Source: Alphaproteobacteria bacterium
GTDB lineage: Bacteria; Pseudomonadota; Alphaproteobacteria; MPNO01; UBA830
Assembly (NCBI GenBank): GCA_964291215.2
Contig: OZ219790.1
Coordinates: 1,344,001 to 1,408,000 of the forward strand
Direction of reading: 5' to 3'
Length of the DNA: 64,000 nt
Each line of letters opens with the position of its first letter. Positions within the stretch are counted from its first letter, which is position 1. The position numbers and the translations under genes were made by a program. This document shows positions 32,281 through 42,940 of this stretch, piece by piece. Below the pieces are notes generated by a model. That model saw only the letters and a list, made by a program, of their open reading frames with translations, was not told the origin of the DNA and ran no database searches.

Positions 32281-32681
32281 ACCCGTCTCCCGGGAAGAGA
32301 AGGATTGCCGGACAGCGGCGACAGGCTATCCGCCGTCATCTCCCGGCTGCCGGACTGTCCGACCGTGCCGCGGTCGGCCCGGAGGTCGCCACCATCGCCG
32401 TCCCGCAACGTCAATCCGCATAATACCGCGCCACGGAAAACTTGGCGAGTTCCGTCAGACGGGCCGGGAAAGGACAGTCCGGCCGCCCCGGGATTGGCGA
32501 CCGCTGCATGCCTCCCGGCAACATGCGGGGCTTGCGCAACCGTGGAGAACCTGTCTGGAACTGCGCCGCGGAACCGCCCGCACCACCGTCCTCGCGGACA
32601 TCCGCCTTGAACTTTTGCGGGCGCAGGCGAAAATGCACCTGCTTTCGGCCCGAGGGTCCCGACAGGCGAGTTGAGATTCCG

Positions 32682-33602
32682 ATGGATTCACCCTACCCGC
32701 GCGACCTCGCCGGCTACGGCGCCAGCCCGCCGCAGGCAAACTGGCCCGGCGGCGCCCGCCTGGCCCTGCAGTTCGTCATCAACTACGAGGAAGGTGGAGA
32801 AAACGCCGTCATCCACGGCGATCCGGCCTCCGAGGCATTTCTCTCCGAGATCATCGGCGCCGACGCACGCGCAGGCGTCCGCCACATGAGCATGGAGTCG
32901 ATCTACGAATACGGCAGCAGGGCCGGAGTCTGGAGGCTGCTACGGCTGTTCGGCGACCACGAGATCCCGGTCACCTTCTTCGCGATTGCAATGGCGCTCG
33001 AGCGCACCCCAGCAGTCGCCGACGCCGCGCTCGCCGCCGGACACGAGATGTGCAGCCATGGCTGGCGCTGGATCGACTATCAGTACGTGCCCCCCGATGT
33101 CGAACAGGAACACCTCATGCGGGCCATCGACATCCACACCCGGATCTGCGGTGAACGCCCGCTCGGCTGGTACACCGGACGTACCAGTCCCAACACCCGG
33201 CACCTCGTCGCCGATGAGGGCGGATTCCTCTACGACGCCGACGACTACAATGACGATCTCCCCTACTGGACAGAAGCCGCCGGCAAGCCGCACCTCGTGG
33301 TCCCATATACCCTGGACGCTAACGACATGCGCTTCGCAACCGCCCAGGGATTCAATTCGGGCGACCAGTTCCTGACCTACCTGAAAGACACGTTCGACAC
33401 GCTTTACGAAGAGGGCGCGACCACCCCGAAAATGATGTCGGTCGGACTGCACTGCCGGCTAGCCGGGCGCCCGGGACGGTTCGCCGCCCTCAAGCGCTTC
33501 GTCGAATACGCACGAGGGCATGATGATGTCTGGTTCTGCCGGCGCATCGACATCGCCCGCCACTGGCGCGAGCGCCATCCTCACGGCGACGGGACGCGGT
33601 AG
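32682..33602 (+). CDS. puuE: Allantoinase PuuE (polysaccharide deacetylase fold)
   Basis: YPRDLAGYG, NYEEGGE, ESIYEYGSRAG, PYTLDANDMRF, GLHCR. Confidence 0.95.
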   Translation: MDSPYPRDLAGYGASPPQANWPGGARLALQFVINYEEGGENAVIHGDPASEAFLSEIIGADARAGVRHMSMESIYEYGSRAGVWRLLRLFGDHEIPVTFFAIAMALERTPAVADAALAAGHEMCSHGWRWIDYQYVPPDVEQEHLMRAIDIHTRICGERPLGWYTGRTSPNTRHLVADEGGFLYDADDYNDDLPYWTEAAGKPHLVVPYTLDANDMRFATAQGFNSGDQFLTYLKDTFDTLYEEGATTPKMMSVGLHCRLAGRPGRFAALKRFVEYARGHDDVWFCRRIDIARHWRERHPHGDGTR

Positions 33603-33606
33603 CGTC

Positions 33607-34125
33607 GTGGCTCCCCCCGAAACCCGGCATGCCGGCAGCCTGTTGCCCGCCGAGCTCCCAAGCACCCTCGACGGCATCTACGAGCACTCGCCATGGGTCG
33701 CCGAGCGGATCGATCCGGCAGTGATTTCCGTCGGCGCGGATGTCGTTGCCTCTCTGGCCACGGCCATGCGCAACATCGTCGACAATGCCGGCGAAGACCT
33801 GCAGCTCGCGCTGCTGCGCGCCCATCCGGATCTCGCCGGCAGGCTTGCCGTCGGCGAAGCTCTCACCGATGCTTCCGCAGGCGAACAGGCGGGCGCAGGA
33901 CTGGACCGGTGTTCGCCGGAGGAATTCGAGGAGTTCCGGTCGCTCAACGATCGCTACAAGGAAAAGTTCGGGTTTCCCTTCATCCTCGCGGTGCGCGGCC
34001 GCGCCCGCAGCGAGATACTGCGCATCTTCCGCCAACGCGTGGACAATGACCGCCGCGCGGAGTTCACGGAGGCACTTGAACAAGTGCACAGGATCGCGCG
34101 GTTGCGCCTCGAGGATAGATTCTGA
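33607..34125 (+). CDS. uraD: OHCU decarboxylase
   Basis: GIYEHSPWVAE, RAHPDLAG, KFGFPFILAV, IARLRL. Confidence 0.9.
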   Translation: MAPPETRHAGSLLPAELPSTLDGIYEHSPWVAERIDPAVISVGADVVASLATAMRNIVDNAGEDLQLALLRAHPDLAGRLAVGEALTDASAGEQAGAGLDRCSPEEFEEFRSLNDRYKEKFGFPFILAVRGRARSEILRIFRQRVDNDRRAEFTEALEQVHRIARLRLEDRF

Positions 34126-34674
34126 CGGACGGCAAAGAGACGCTCCGGCAGTCCCCGCCCGTACCGGCTGCCCACACCGGCCCTGGCGGTTTTGGCCTGC
34201 GAGGGCCCAAATACAGCGACGCAGTGCATCGTGAGCGTCTGTTTCGATGTCGGGCGCTCGCACGCGGTGCCATGCCGATCGGCCAGCACAAACACCCTAA
34301 TGGCTGGAACGCACGGTTTTTCCCCGGGATTTCCCCGGAAAATCTGCTCGAACAGTGGACGAAACGACGCCTCGGCCAATTGCGGCCTTGCTCGCCGCGG
34401 CATCCGCGGACGTCATCGTCCTGTCAGCACGATGGAACTCGCACTTGATGGGTGGGTGGCCCACCGAAAGGTTGGACGAGCCGGTTCCGAGGCGTCCGAG
34501 TTCAACGGGAAGAGGGGTCAGGGCGGCGGAGGCCATTTTTTCGCTTCGCCAAATTCCTCGCGCCATCCCGGCTTCCCTTCTCAGGATTGGCGGCGGTTGG
34601 GCGATGTGAAGTCGCAGCCTCCTCCCGTCGTAGCCGGCCAGAACCAACCGGCGGCGCCAAGATGAACCTCCGAC

Positions 34675-34724
34675 GTAACTGCTCACCCGCTGGTTCCCGC
34701 TTGATGTCGGGGTAGAGCAACGAA
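34675..34724 (+). mobile_element. Solitary 50-bp IS66 left-end remnant
   Basis: gtaactgctcacccgctggttcccgcttgatgtcggggtagagcaacgaa matches the left ends at 45004 (+) and 49504 (-). Confidence 0.8.
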
Positions 34725-34947
34725 ATGCAATACTGCATGCCGGAGACCTGACCCGCGATCGCCGGACGTTCTACCAGCGGAGCGCGCCGCGCAGCATTAG
34801 GCTGTCTTCGGGAGCCGGCCCTGCCGGTGTGCGCCCTCGAGGCCGAGCACCGTCCAGAAACCGCTTCCGCCGGTGCCTCGCGAGTGCGGGGAACAGCCGA
34901 CTGTACGCTACGAGCAAGCGACCGACAGCGGGTACCCGGAAAACCCG

Positions 34948-36255
34948 TCAGAAGGCTGCGTCCCGGCCCTGCACCTTCGCGATCTCCCTGGCATTCGGGT
35001 TGACCGACGGCCGAAACGGAATCTCGACCACCCGCCCGCCGGCCGCCTTGCCGGGTTCGGTCTGGTACTGCTCCGGAAGCCATATCCTGACGGCGGTGCC
35101 GATTTCCGACATTGCGATCGGCACATACCCCATCGCGATGTTGGTCTCCAGTTCCGGCGAATACCACGGAGAGGTGACGTAACCGACCGGATCGCCTCCG
35201 TCGGCTCCGGAAATCAGCCAGAAATCAGAGGCATAGTCTTCGACAGGCTTGCCTTCGAATGCCATGCCGACAAGCGTCAGCTTGAACGGCGGGTTGCCGG
35301 CCTCTACCTCGGCGCGCACCTGTTCCAGCCTTGCCCTGCCGATGTAGTCGGCCTCCTTGGTGCGTGGCACCTGATAGCCGAGATTGCACTGGAACGGCAG
35401 GGTCTCGGCATCCAGGTCCTGGCCCCAGGACAGGATACCGGCGGCGATCCGGCGATGATGCGCCGGCGCAATGACCATCAGCTCATGTGGCTTTCCCGCC
35501 TCGAGAACGGCATACCAGAGCTTTTCGGCATGCAGCGTCGCATCGCGGAGATAAAACTCGTAGCCCTTCTCACCGGAAAAGCCTGTCTGGGAAACAACGA
35601 CGTCGCAGCCGGCGACGTGGGCCTCCATCAGGCCGTAGGATCGCAGGTTGCGAACCTCCTCGCCGATCAGGTCGGCCATCAGATCGACGGATTTCGGTCC
35701 CTGGATCTGCAGCGGGCAGACATCGATCTCGTCGATCTCGACATCGGCCTTGAAACCGGTGTTCACGCCCTGGAGCCAGAACATGATGTCGGAGTCGGAC
35801 AGGCTGAACCAGAACTCGTTTTCGGACAGGCGCAGAAGCACTGGATCGTTGAGAATCCCGCCCTTCTCGTTGCAGAGAATGACGTACTTGCCGTTCATCG
35901 GCTCAATGCGGCCGGCGTCGCGGGTAATGACGTGGTTGACGAAGGCTTCGGCGTCCGGGCCGGCGACGCGGACCTGGCGTTCGACCGCGACGTTCCACAT
36001 GGTGACATGGTCGACCAGAGCACCGTACTCGACCATCGCGCCGCCGTCTTCCGGTCTGACATAGCCGCGCGGATGGTAGGTTCGGTTATAGACGGTCGCG
36101 CGCCAGCAACCGGCCTCGTGCGACAGGTGCCAGTAGGGCGACTTGCGCACCCGTGTCGATATCAGCAGTTCCGTCGGCGTCGGCCCCGACTGGCGCAGGT
36201 TGATCGGCACCTTGCGGTCGGACTGGTCGACCGAATTCTCATAATTGACGGCCAT
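34948..36255 (-). CDS. GcvT/DmdA-like folate-dependent aminomethyltransferase
   Basis: STRVRKSP, WNVAVERQV, GILNDPVLLRL, QIQGP, SQTGFSGEKGYE. Confidence 0.88.
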   Translation of the reverse strand: MAVNYENSVDQSDRKVPINLRQSGPTPTELLISTRVRKSPYWHLSHEAGCWRATVYNRTYHPRGYVRPEDGGAMVEYGALVDHVTMWNVAVERQVRVAGPDAEAFVNHVITRDAGRIEPMNGKYVILCNEKGGILNDPVLLRLSENEFWFSLSDSDIMFWLQGVNTGFKADVEIDEIDVCPLQIQGPKSVDLMADLIGEEVRNLRSYGLMEAHVAGCDVVVSQTGFSGEKGYEFYLRDATLHAEKLWYAVLEAGKPHELMVIAPAHHRRIAAGILSWGQDLDAETLPFQCNLGYQVPRTKEADYIGRARLEQVRAEVEAGNPPFKLTLVGMAFEGKPVEDYASDFWLISGADGGDPVGYVTSPWYSPELETNIAMGYVPIAMSEIGTAVRIWLPEQYQTEPGKAAGGRVVEIPFRPSVNPNAREIAKVQGRDAAF

Positions 36256-36669
36256 CGGACATTCATCCTGTGATGCGTCGACGCTTATGGTGTCGCGCAG
36301 TGATTGCATAGGCCTCCGCGGGCGGCGCTCCCCGCCGGATACCGCCTCCGGGCGGGGAACTCCGGCAAACCTGCCCGCGGCATCGTCCCGATCGGAACGG
36401 ACCCACAGGGCAACCGCGAATCTGTGGAGGTGGTCCTTATGCCCCAGGCGGCGGCAAGTCAATACCGCATTCCGGTCTTTTTTTGCACGGTGTCACATGT
36501 CGTCCGCCAGGCGTTCTGGACCGCTCCGAACGGACGGTCCGGCATACCTGCCTGGACAGGGGAATGCGACGAGGACCCGGCGCTGGGCGGCATCGTCCGG
36601 GCGCTATCGCAGTCGGGCGACGATTGTGCGACAGTAGATCGGGCGAGCCAGCAAGGCGCGGAGGGCACG

Positions 36670-39105
36670 TTGAAAACGCATGCGCGGGTAGTCGTGATCG
36701 GCGGCGGCGTGGTCGGCGTCTCGACGCTTTACCACCTTGCCAGAAAGGGGTGGTCCGATGTCGTTCTCTGCGAACGCACCGAACTGACAGCCGGGTCGAC
36801 ATGGCATGCGGCGGGACTGCTGCCGCTGTTCAACATGAGCTACGGCGTCGGACAGCTGCACAAGTATTCCGTCGACCTCTACAAGGCCTTGCCGGCCGAG
36901 ACCGGTCAGGATGTGAGCTTCCATGTCACCGGCAACCTGCGACTCGCGACCAACCGCGAACGCATGGACGAGTACCGCAAGTACTGCGGAACCGCCAACA
37001 CCATCGGCGTGCCGTTCGAGATCGTCACGCCTGCCGAGATCGCGGAGCTGTGGCCGCTCTGCAATGTCGAGGGGCTCGTCGGTGCGCTCTATCATCCCCA
37101 TGACGGCCACATCGCGCCAGCGGACATCACCCAGGCAATGGCGACGGGCGCCCGCAACAGAAGCGCGGAGATCTACCGTAACACTTCCGTCACCGCGCTG
37201 GAGCAGACGCCCGGCAGCGAATGGCTGGTCCGGACGACGGGTGGTGACATAACCTGTGAACACATCGTCTGCGCAACCGGCAACTACAGCTGGCATACCA
37301 GCCAGATGCTCGGAATCTACATCCCGACCATCCCGGTCGAGCACCAGTACATCGTCACCGACGAGGTGCCCGAACTCGTCGAGCGGCACCGGCAGGGTCT
37401 CCCGGAAATGGCGGTGCTACGCGAATCGGACGCGTCCTACTACCTGCGCGAGGAGCGCCAAGGCTACATTCTCGGACCGTACGAGAAGGGCGCGCCGGCG
37501 CGCTTCAAGGACGGCGTCCCTGACAGCTTCGAACGCGACCTGTTTCCCGGCGACCTCGACCGGCTGATGCCGCATGTCGAGGCGGCCATCAACCGCGTGC
37601 CAAGCTTCGAGCATGCCGGCATCAAGGACATCGTCAACGGCCCGATCGCCTACACCCCGGATGGCAATCCTCTGGTCGGACCGGCCTGGAACCTGCGGAA
37701 CGTCTGGCTGAACGAGGGCCACAGCTTCGGCATCACCGCCGCTGGCGGCGCCGGCTGGCAGCTGGCCGAATGGATCGTCGAAGGTCAGCCGTCGATCGAC
37801 ATGATGGATGTCGACCCCCGCCGCTTCGGCGCCTATGCCAACAAGCCTTACGTCAAGGCCAAGAACGAGGAAGCCTACGAGCACGTCTTCATCATTCACT
37901 ATCCGGACGAGGAGCGGCCTGCCGCGCGTCCGGCCAAGACCAGCCCGATCCACGATCTCCTCGACGGCATGGGCGCGGTCTGGGGCCAGCGCTATGGCTG
38001 GGAGCGGCCCAACTGGTTCGCGGCCGAGGGCGTCGAGCGCAAGGATGTCTGGAGCTTCCGGCGCACCAACTATTTCCCCCATGTGGGGCGCGAGCACCGC
38101 AACGTCCGCGACAATGTCGGCATCATCGACATCACGGGCTTCTCCAAGTTCCTGGTCTCCGGACCCGGCGCCGAAGCCTGGCTGGATCGGCTCGTCTGCC
38201 GCCGGCTGCCCAGAGCGACGGGCCGCGTCAACCTGTCGCACGCCCTGACCCCGACGGGCGGCGTGCGCTCCGAATTCACGATCATGCGCGACGGCCCACA
38301 TTGCTTCTACCTCGTAAGCTCGGGCGCCGCCGAGCGGTTTGACGGCGACTATCTCGCGAAGAATTTGCCGCCCGACGGCAGCGTCCGCCTCGACAACCTG
38401 ACGACGTCGCATGCCACGCTCGTGATCGCCGGTCCGAACGCACGCGCGGTAATGTCGAAGATTACAGAGACCGATCTCGACAATGAATCGTTCAAGTGGC
38501 TGACCGGGCAGCACACCCATGTCGGACTGGCGCCGGCACGGCTGATGCGGCTCAATTTCGTCGGCGAGCTCGGCTGGGAAATTCACCACCCCGTCGAATA
38601 CCAGCGGCACATTTTCCTCGAACTCATGCGCGCCGGCGCCGAATTCGATATCGGCCAGTGCGGGATGCGGGCCATGGATTCGTTGAGGATCGAGAAGTCC
38701 TATCGCATGTGGGCCCAGGATCTGACCCGCGAATACACCATCCTGGAAGCAGGCCTCGGACGGTTCGCCGCCATCGACAAGGGGGAGTTTGTCGGCCGCG
38801 AAGCACTCGTACGCCAACAGGCGGAAGGCGTGCCGCGGAAATTCGTCACCATGGAGGTTGAGGGCATCGAGGACGCCGACCCCAACGGCAACGAGCCATT
38901 GTGGCGGGATGGCGCCATGATCGGACGCGCCACCGCCGGCGCCTACGGCCATCACGTGGAGAAGTCGCTGGCGATCGGCTATGTCGATGCCGGGCACGGA
39001 GAGGTCGGCACGCTGCTCGAAATCGAGATCCTGGGGAAGCGTCATCCGGCGCGCGTGATCCCCGAATCCCCGCACGATCCCGGCAACGAGCGACTCCGCG
39101 CCTGA
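36670..39105 (+). CDS. Dimethylglycine dehydrogenase-like FAD/GcvT-family oxidoreductase
   Basis: VIGGGVVG, LTAGSTWHAAG, YTPDGNP, GWERPNWF, FVGELGWE. TTG start inferred. Confidence 0.92.
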   Translation: MKTHARVVVIGGGVVGVSTLYHLARKGWSDVVLCERTELTAGSTWHAAGLLPLFNMSYGVGQLHKYSVDLYKALPAETGQDVSFHVTGNLRLATNRERMDEYRKYCGTANTIGVPFEIVTPAEIAELWPLCNVEGLVGALYHPHDGHIAPADITQAMATGARNRSAEIYRNTSVTALEQTPGSEWLVRTTGGDITCEHIVCATGNYSWHTSQMLGIYIPTIPVEHQYIVTDEVPELVERHRQGLPEMAVLRESDASYYLREERQGYILGPYEKGAPARFKDGVPDSFERDLFPGDLDRLMPHVEAAINRVPSFEHAGIKDIVNGPIAYTPDGNPLVGPAWNLRNVWLNEGHSFGITAAGGAGWQLAEWIVEGQPSIDMMDVDPRRFGAYANKPYVKAKNEEAYEHVFIIHYPDEERPAARPAKTSPIHDLLDGMGAVWGQRYGWERPNWFAAEGVERKDVWSFRRTNYFPHVGREHRNVRDNVGIIDITGFSKFLVSGPGAEAWLDRLVCRRLPRATGRVNLSHALTPTGGVRSEFTIMRDGPHCFYLVSSGAAERFDGDYLAKNLPPDGSVRLDNLTTSHATLVIAGPNARAVMSKITETDLDNESFKWLTGQHTHVGLAPARLMRLNFVGELGWEIHHPVEYQRHIFLELMRAGAEFDIGQCGMRAMDSLRIEKSYRMWAQDLTREYTILEAGLGRFAAIDKGEFVGREALVRQQAEGVPRKFVTMEVEGIEDADPNGNEPLWRDGAMIGRATAGAYGHHVEKSLAIGYVDAGHGEVGTLLEIEILGKRHPARVIPESPHDPGNERLRA

Positions 39106-39141
39106 CGTCCCCCGCGCCTCCGGCCGACGCCGGATCTGGCG

Positions 39142-39681
39142 TCAGGCCTGCGGCCCGTATTCGAGCGCCGCGTCCTCAAGCCAGCGCCGCGCGTAGTCGG
39201 CGAAGCTCTGCGCAATCGTGATCTCGTAACCCGGCTCGTCGGCCGGACGACGCAGCAGGACAGGCACCTTCGCAAGCAGGCTGCGGGCACAGCGACCGGC
39301 GCCCAGCCGGTCGAGGTCCAGGGTCATGCCCTTGGCCAGCACATCCTGCGCGTGCTGGCCGGTGAGGAAGAAGGTAACGCTGCCGTCGCCAACGACGGTG
39401 ACCGCGGCATGCAACCTGGCAAGCGCCTCTTCGAGCCGCTTTGCGACCTCGTTCCCGCGGTCTGTCTCGACCAGCCACTCGTCGGGTCCAAGCCAGAGGA
39501 TCCGCGCGTCGTCCCCCTGATGCACGGCGCCCGGCACGACGGGCGGCTCGACGCCGATGACGGCCGCAACCCCGCCCGCGAAGGCCGGGTCATCCGGGTT
39601 GCCGCGCAGATTGATGCGCCCCCGCGGCGGGCATTCCGTCAGCGCCACCGGCGGGACCGAGGCTTCGGCGGATTTATCCAT
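39142..39681 (-). CDS. soxG: Sarcosine oxidase gamma subunit
   Basis: INLRG, LWLGPDEWL, SFADY, operon position. Confidence 0.9.
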   Translation of the reverse strand: MDKSAEASVPPVALTECPPRGRINLRGNPDDPAFAGGVAAVIGVEPPVVPGAVHQGDDARILWLGPDEWLVETDRGNEVAKRLEEALARLHAAVTVVGDGSVTFFLTGQHAQDVLAKGMTLDLDRLGAGRCARSLLAKVPVLLRRPADEPGYEITIAQSFADYARRWLEDAALEYGPQA

Positions 39682-42643
39682 GGAGGCGCTCTCCGCCGGG
39701 ATCGTAGAAACGCGGATCACAGATTGCCGCCCGCGCAACGCCATCATCGAGCGGTACATGGACGGTTGGCGACTCGCGGTCGCGACCGCCGTTCACCAGC
39801 GCCAGCGCGATCGAGCGTCCGAGGGTTGCGCTCCAGTAGCTCGACGTGACATGGCCGATCATGGTTTCGGGAAAACCGGACGGCGGCGCCGGCAGGATTT
39901 GTGCGCCTTCGGGCAGGACCTGTTCCGGATCCTCCGTCTTGAGGCCGACCAGACGTTTGCGCATCGGATCGATCATCCCGCTTCGCGAGAGCGAACGGCG
40001 GCCGATAAAGTCCTTCTTCCTGCTCAGGATCCAGCTCATCTCGAGATCATGCGGCGTGACCGTGCCGTCGGTTTCCTGGCCGACTGCAATGAAGCCCTTC
40101 TCCGCCCGCAGCACATGCATGGCGTCGGTTCCGAAAGGGGTGATGCCGCGCCCCTGCTCCATCAGCGCCGTCCACAGGGTCATGCCGTGGCCTGACGGGA
40201 CCACGATCTCGTAGGACAGCTCGCCGGTGTAGCTGACCCGGAACAGCTGCGCCGGAAGCCCCGCTACGTGGCCCCGGCGCCAGCTCATGAACGGAAAAGC
40301 TCCCGGTGCGAGATCGACGTCACCAGTGAGCCCGGCGAGTACCTCGCGGGCCATCGGACCCGCGAGAGCGGCAGTGCAGAACTGCTCCGTCTGCGACGTC
40401 AGATAGACCCTGAGTTCGGGCCATTCGGTCTGCAGCCACTCCTCCAGCCATGCAAGGACACGGGCCGCATTGCCGGAGGTCGTGGTCATCAGGTATCGGT
40501 TCTCGCCGAGACGCGCGGTCACCCCGTCATCGAACACCATGCCGTCTTCGCCCAGCATCAACCCGTAACGGCAACGGTCCACCTCGAGCCGGTCCCATGC
40601 GTTGGTGCAGATGCGATTGAGGAATTCAGCCGCATCCGGTCCCTGGATCGAGATCTTTCCGAGCGTCGACGCATCCATGACGCCGACGGCATGGCGCACG
40701 GCAAGACACTCCCGCGAGACGGCGTCGTGCCTGTTCTCGCCGGGCTTCGGATAGTAGAAGGGCCTCTTCCACTGACCGACATCCTCGAAGACGGCGCCGT
40801 TCTCCTCGTGCCAGGACTGCATCGGCGTGCGACGGACCGGATCCGCAAGGTCCCCGACATCGCGGCCCGCCATGGCGCCGAAGGTGACGGGCGTGTAAGG
40901 CGGCCGGAAAGTCGTCGTGCCGATATCCGCAACCGGCACGCCCCGCGCGCCAGCGAGGATGGCGAGCCCGGCCAGATTCGCTGTCTTGCCCTGATCAGTT
41001 CCCATGCCAAGGGTCGTGTACCGCTTGAGATGCTCGACTGATTCATATCCCTCGCGCGCAGCGAGCTCGACATCGGCGGCGGTGACATCATTCTGGAAGT
41101 CGACAAAACGCCGCGCTTCACCGCCTGCCGTCCGGGCCGGAACCAGCAACAGCGCAACCGGCGGCGCCTCGGCTGCAACGGCGGCCTCCGCGATGTCGCT
41201 GTCGTTCGAGGCCGCGCCTGCGGCGGCGCGGCCCTCGCGGATGCAGGAGATGGTATCGGTGGCACCGTTGACCGCGCCCGCCGAGCGCAGGCGCTGCAGT
41301 GAGCCCACGGGCACGAAACCACGCAACGCCTCGTCGTAGCGCAGCTTTCCCCCGGACTGGGAATGGAGATGCACGGCCGGATTCCAGCCGCCGGACATGG
41401 CAATCAGATCGCAATCAAGGCTGCGCCCCGGCCCCGCGATGGCGCCATCGGCGCCAAGCGGGGCGACATGGGCCGAACGCACGCGTCGGCGCCCGGCGGT
41501 ATCGACCACGGCCTGGCCTTGCAGGACCTCGACCCCGGCCGCGCGAGCCGCCGCCGCAGGCGCCGCTTCATCCTGCCTGAGATCGACGACCGCGGCGATC
41601 TCGATGCCGCGCCGCGCGAGATCGAGGGCCGTGCCGTAGGCGCTGTCGTCGTTGGTGACGACCAGCGCACGCCGGCCCGGGCGCACCGCAAAGCGGTTCG
41701 CGTAGGCGCGCGCCGCGCCGGCCAGCATGATTCCGGGCCGGTCGTTGTTCGCGAAGATCAGCGGCCGCTCGATCGCACCCGTAGCCAGGATCACGGCGTC
41801 CGCGCGGATCCGCCACAGGCGCTGACGCGGAAGATGCTCCGGCGCCAGCGGGCCGAGGTGGTCGGTGACCTGTTCCAGCGCGGTCAGGAAATTATGATCG
41901 AAATACCCGGTCACGGTCGTCCGCGCCAAGATCCGGACATTGTTCATGGCTTCGAGGGCGACGGCCGTTTCCGCAGCCCACCGGGCGCCGAACCCGTCCT
42001 CCGGTTCGGCCATGTTCAGGAGCGAACCGCCCGGGAGACTCCCGTCGTCGGCAAGCAGGACCCGGCCTCCGCCGTGCGCGGCGGCCTCCGCCGCAGCAAG
42101 CCCGGCCGGACCGGCGCCGACGACCAGGACATCGCAATGCGCATTCATGCGCTCGTAGCGATCCGGATCCGGACCGTCGGGTGCACGACCGAGACCCGCC
42201 ATGCGCCGGATCATCCGCTCGTAGAAATGCCAGCCGCGCCGCGGCCACATGAAGGTCTTGTAGTAGAATCCGGCGGGAATGAGCCGATGCGCCAGGTCAT
42301 TGACTGCCGCGGCGTCGAAACCGGGTCCGGGCCAGCAATTGACGCTCGCCGCGGCCAGTCCCTCATAAAGCTCGATCCGGGTGGCCCGAAGATTGGGGAT
42401 GCTGCGCGGGCCCGACTCCAGTTGCACCAGCGCGTTCGGCTCCTCGGCACCCGCGGACAGGATGCCGCGGGGACGGTGGTACTTGAAGCTCCGCCCGACC
42501 AGGTGCACGCCGTTGGCGAGGAGTGCCGAGGCCAGCGTGTCGCCGCCAAGACCGGTGTAGCTGCGCCCGTTGAAGGAGAAGCCGACCGACCGCGACCGGT
42601 CGACCGCGCCTCCGTCGGGCAAACGGTGCGGCTGACCGGTCAC
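39674..42643 (-). CDS. soxA: Sarcosine oxidase alpha subunit
   Basis: GDTLASALLANG, RSFKYHRPRG, KRYTTLGMGTDQGK, TTFRPPYTP. Confidence 0.96.
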   Translation of the reverse strand: MTGQPHRLPDGGAVDRSRSVGFSFNGRSYTGLGGDTLASALLANGVHLVGRSFKYHRPRGILSAGAEEPNALVQLESGPRSIPNLRATRIELYEGLAAASVNCWPGPGFDAAAVNDLAHRLIPAGFYYKTFMWPRRGWHFYERMIRRMAGLGRAPDGPDPDRYERMNAHCDVLVVGAGPAGLAAAEAAAHGGGRVLLADDGSLPGGSLLNMAEPEDGFGARWAAETAVALEAMNNVRILARTTVTGYFDHNFLTALEQVTDHLGPLAPEHLPRQRLWRIRADAVILATGAIERPLIFANNDRPGIMLAGAARAYANRFAVRPGRRALVVTNDDSAYGTALDLARRGIEIAAVVDLRQDEAAPAAAARAAGVEVLQGQAVVDTAGRRRVRSAHVAPLGADGAIAGPGRSLDCDLIAMSGGWNPAVHLHSQSGGKLRYDEALRGFVPVGSLQRLRSAGAVNGATDTISCIREGRAAAGAASNDSDIAEAAVAAEAPPVALLLVPARTAGGEARRFVDFQNDVTAADVELAAREGYESVEHLKRYTTLGMGTDQGKTANLAGLAILAGARGVPVADIGTTTFRPPYTPVTFGAMAGRDVGDLADPVRRTPMQSWHEENGAVFEDVGQWKRPFYYPKPGENRHDAVSRECLAVRHAVGVMDASTLGKISIQGPDAAEFLNRICTNAWDRLEVDRCRYGLMLGEDGMVFDDGVTARLGENRYLMTTTSGNAARVLAWLEEWLQTEWPELRVYLTSQTEQFCTAALAGPMAREVLAGLTGDVDLAPGAFPFMSWRRGHVAGLPAQLFRVSYTGELSYEIVVPSGHGMTLWTALMEQGRGITPFGTDAMHVLRAEKGFIAVGQETDGTVTPHDLEMSWILSRKKDFIGRRSLSRSGMIDPMRKRLVGLKTEDPEQVLPEGAQILPAPPSGFPETMIGHVTSSYWSATLGRSIALALVNGGRDRESPTVHVPLDDGVARAAICDPRFYDPGGERLHG

Positions 42644-42933
42644 GGGGCGTCTCCGCCGCCATCGTCCGGCGGCACCTCGCCCATCAGGTAGACCGAAATG
42701 ATCTCGTGGGTCACCGTGTGGCGCTCGACATTGAACCAGCGCCCGCAGCCGTGGCTATGGCACCACCGTTCGCGGTGCCGGCCTCTGGGATTGGCGCGCA
42801 TGAACAGGTAGTCGGCCCACTGCGCGTCGTCGAGAGCATCCGGGTCGGCCGGCCGCCGGATGTGGGCTTCGCCGCCACACGTGAACTCGCTCTCGTCGCG
42901 CTCGCCGCACCAGGGGCAGGAAATCAGGAGCAT
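42640..42933 (-). CDS. soxD: Sarcosine oxidase delta subunit
   Basis: CPWCGERDESEF, ERWCHSHGCGRWFN. Confidence 0.95.
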   Translation of the reverse strand: MLLISCPWCGERDESEFTCGGEAHIRRPADPDALDDAQWADYLFMRANPRGRHRERWCHSHGCGRWFNVERHTVTHEIISVYLMGEVPPDDGGGDAP

Positions 42934-42940
42934 CCCGTCC

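Noticed and set aside
34948-36255. Assignment as dmdA or gcvT
   Set aside because: Family motifs are clear, but the substrate cannot be determined without a phylogeny.
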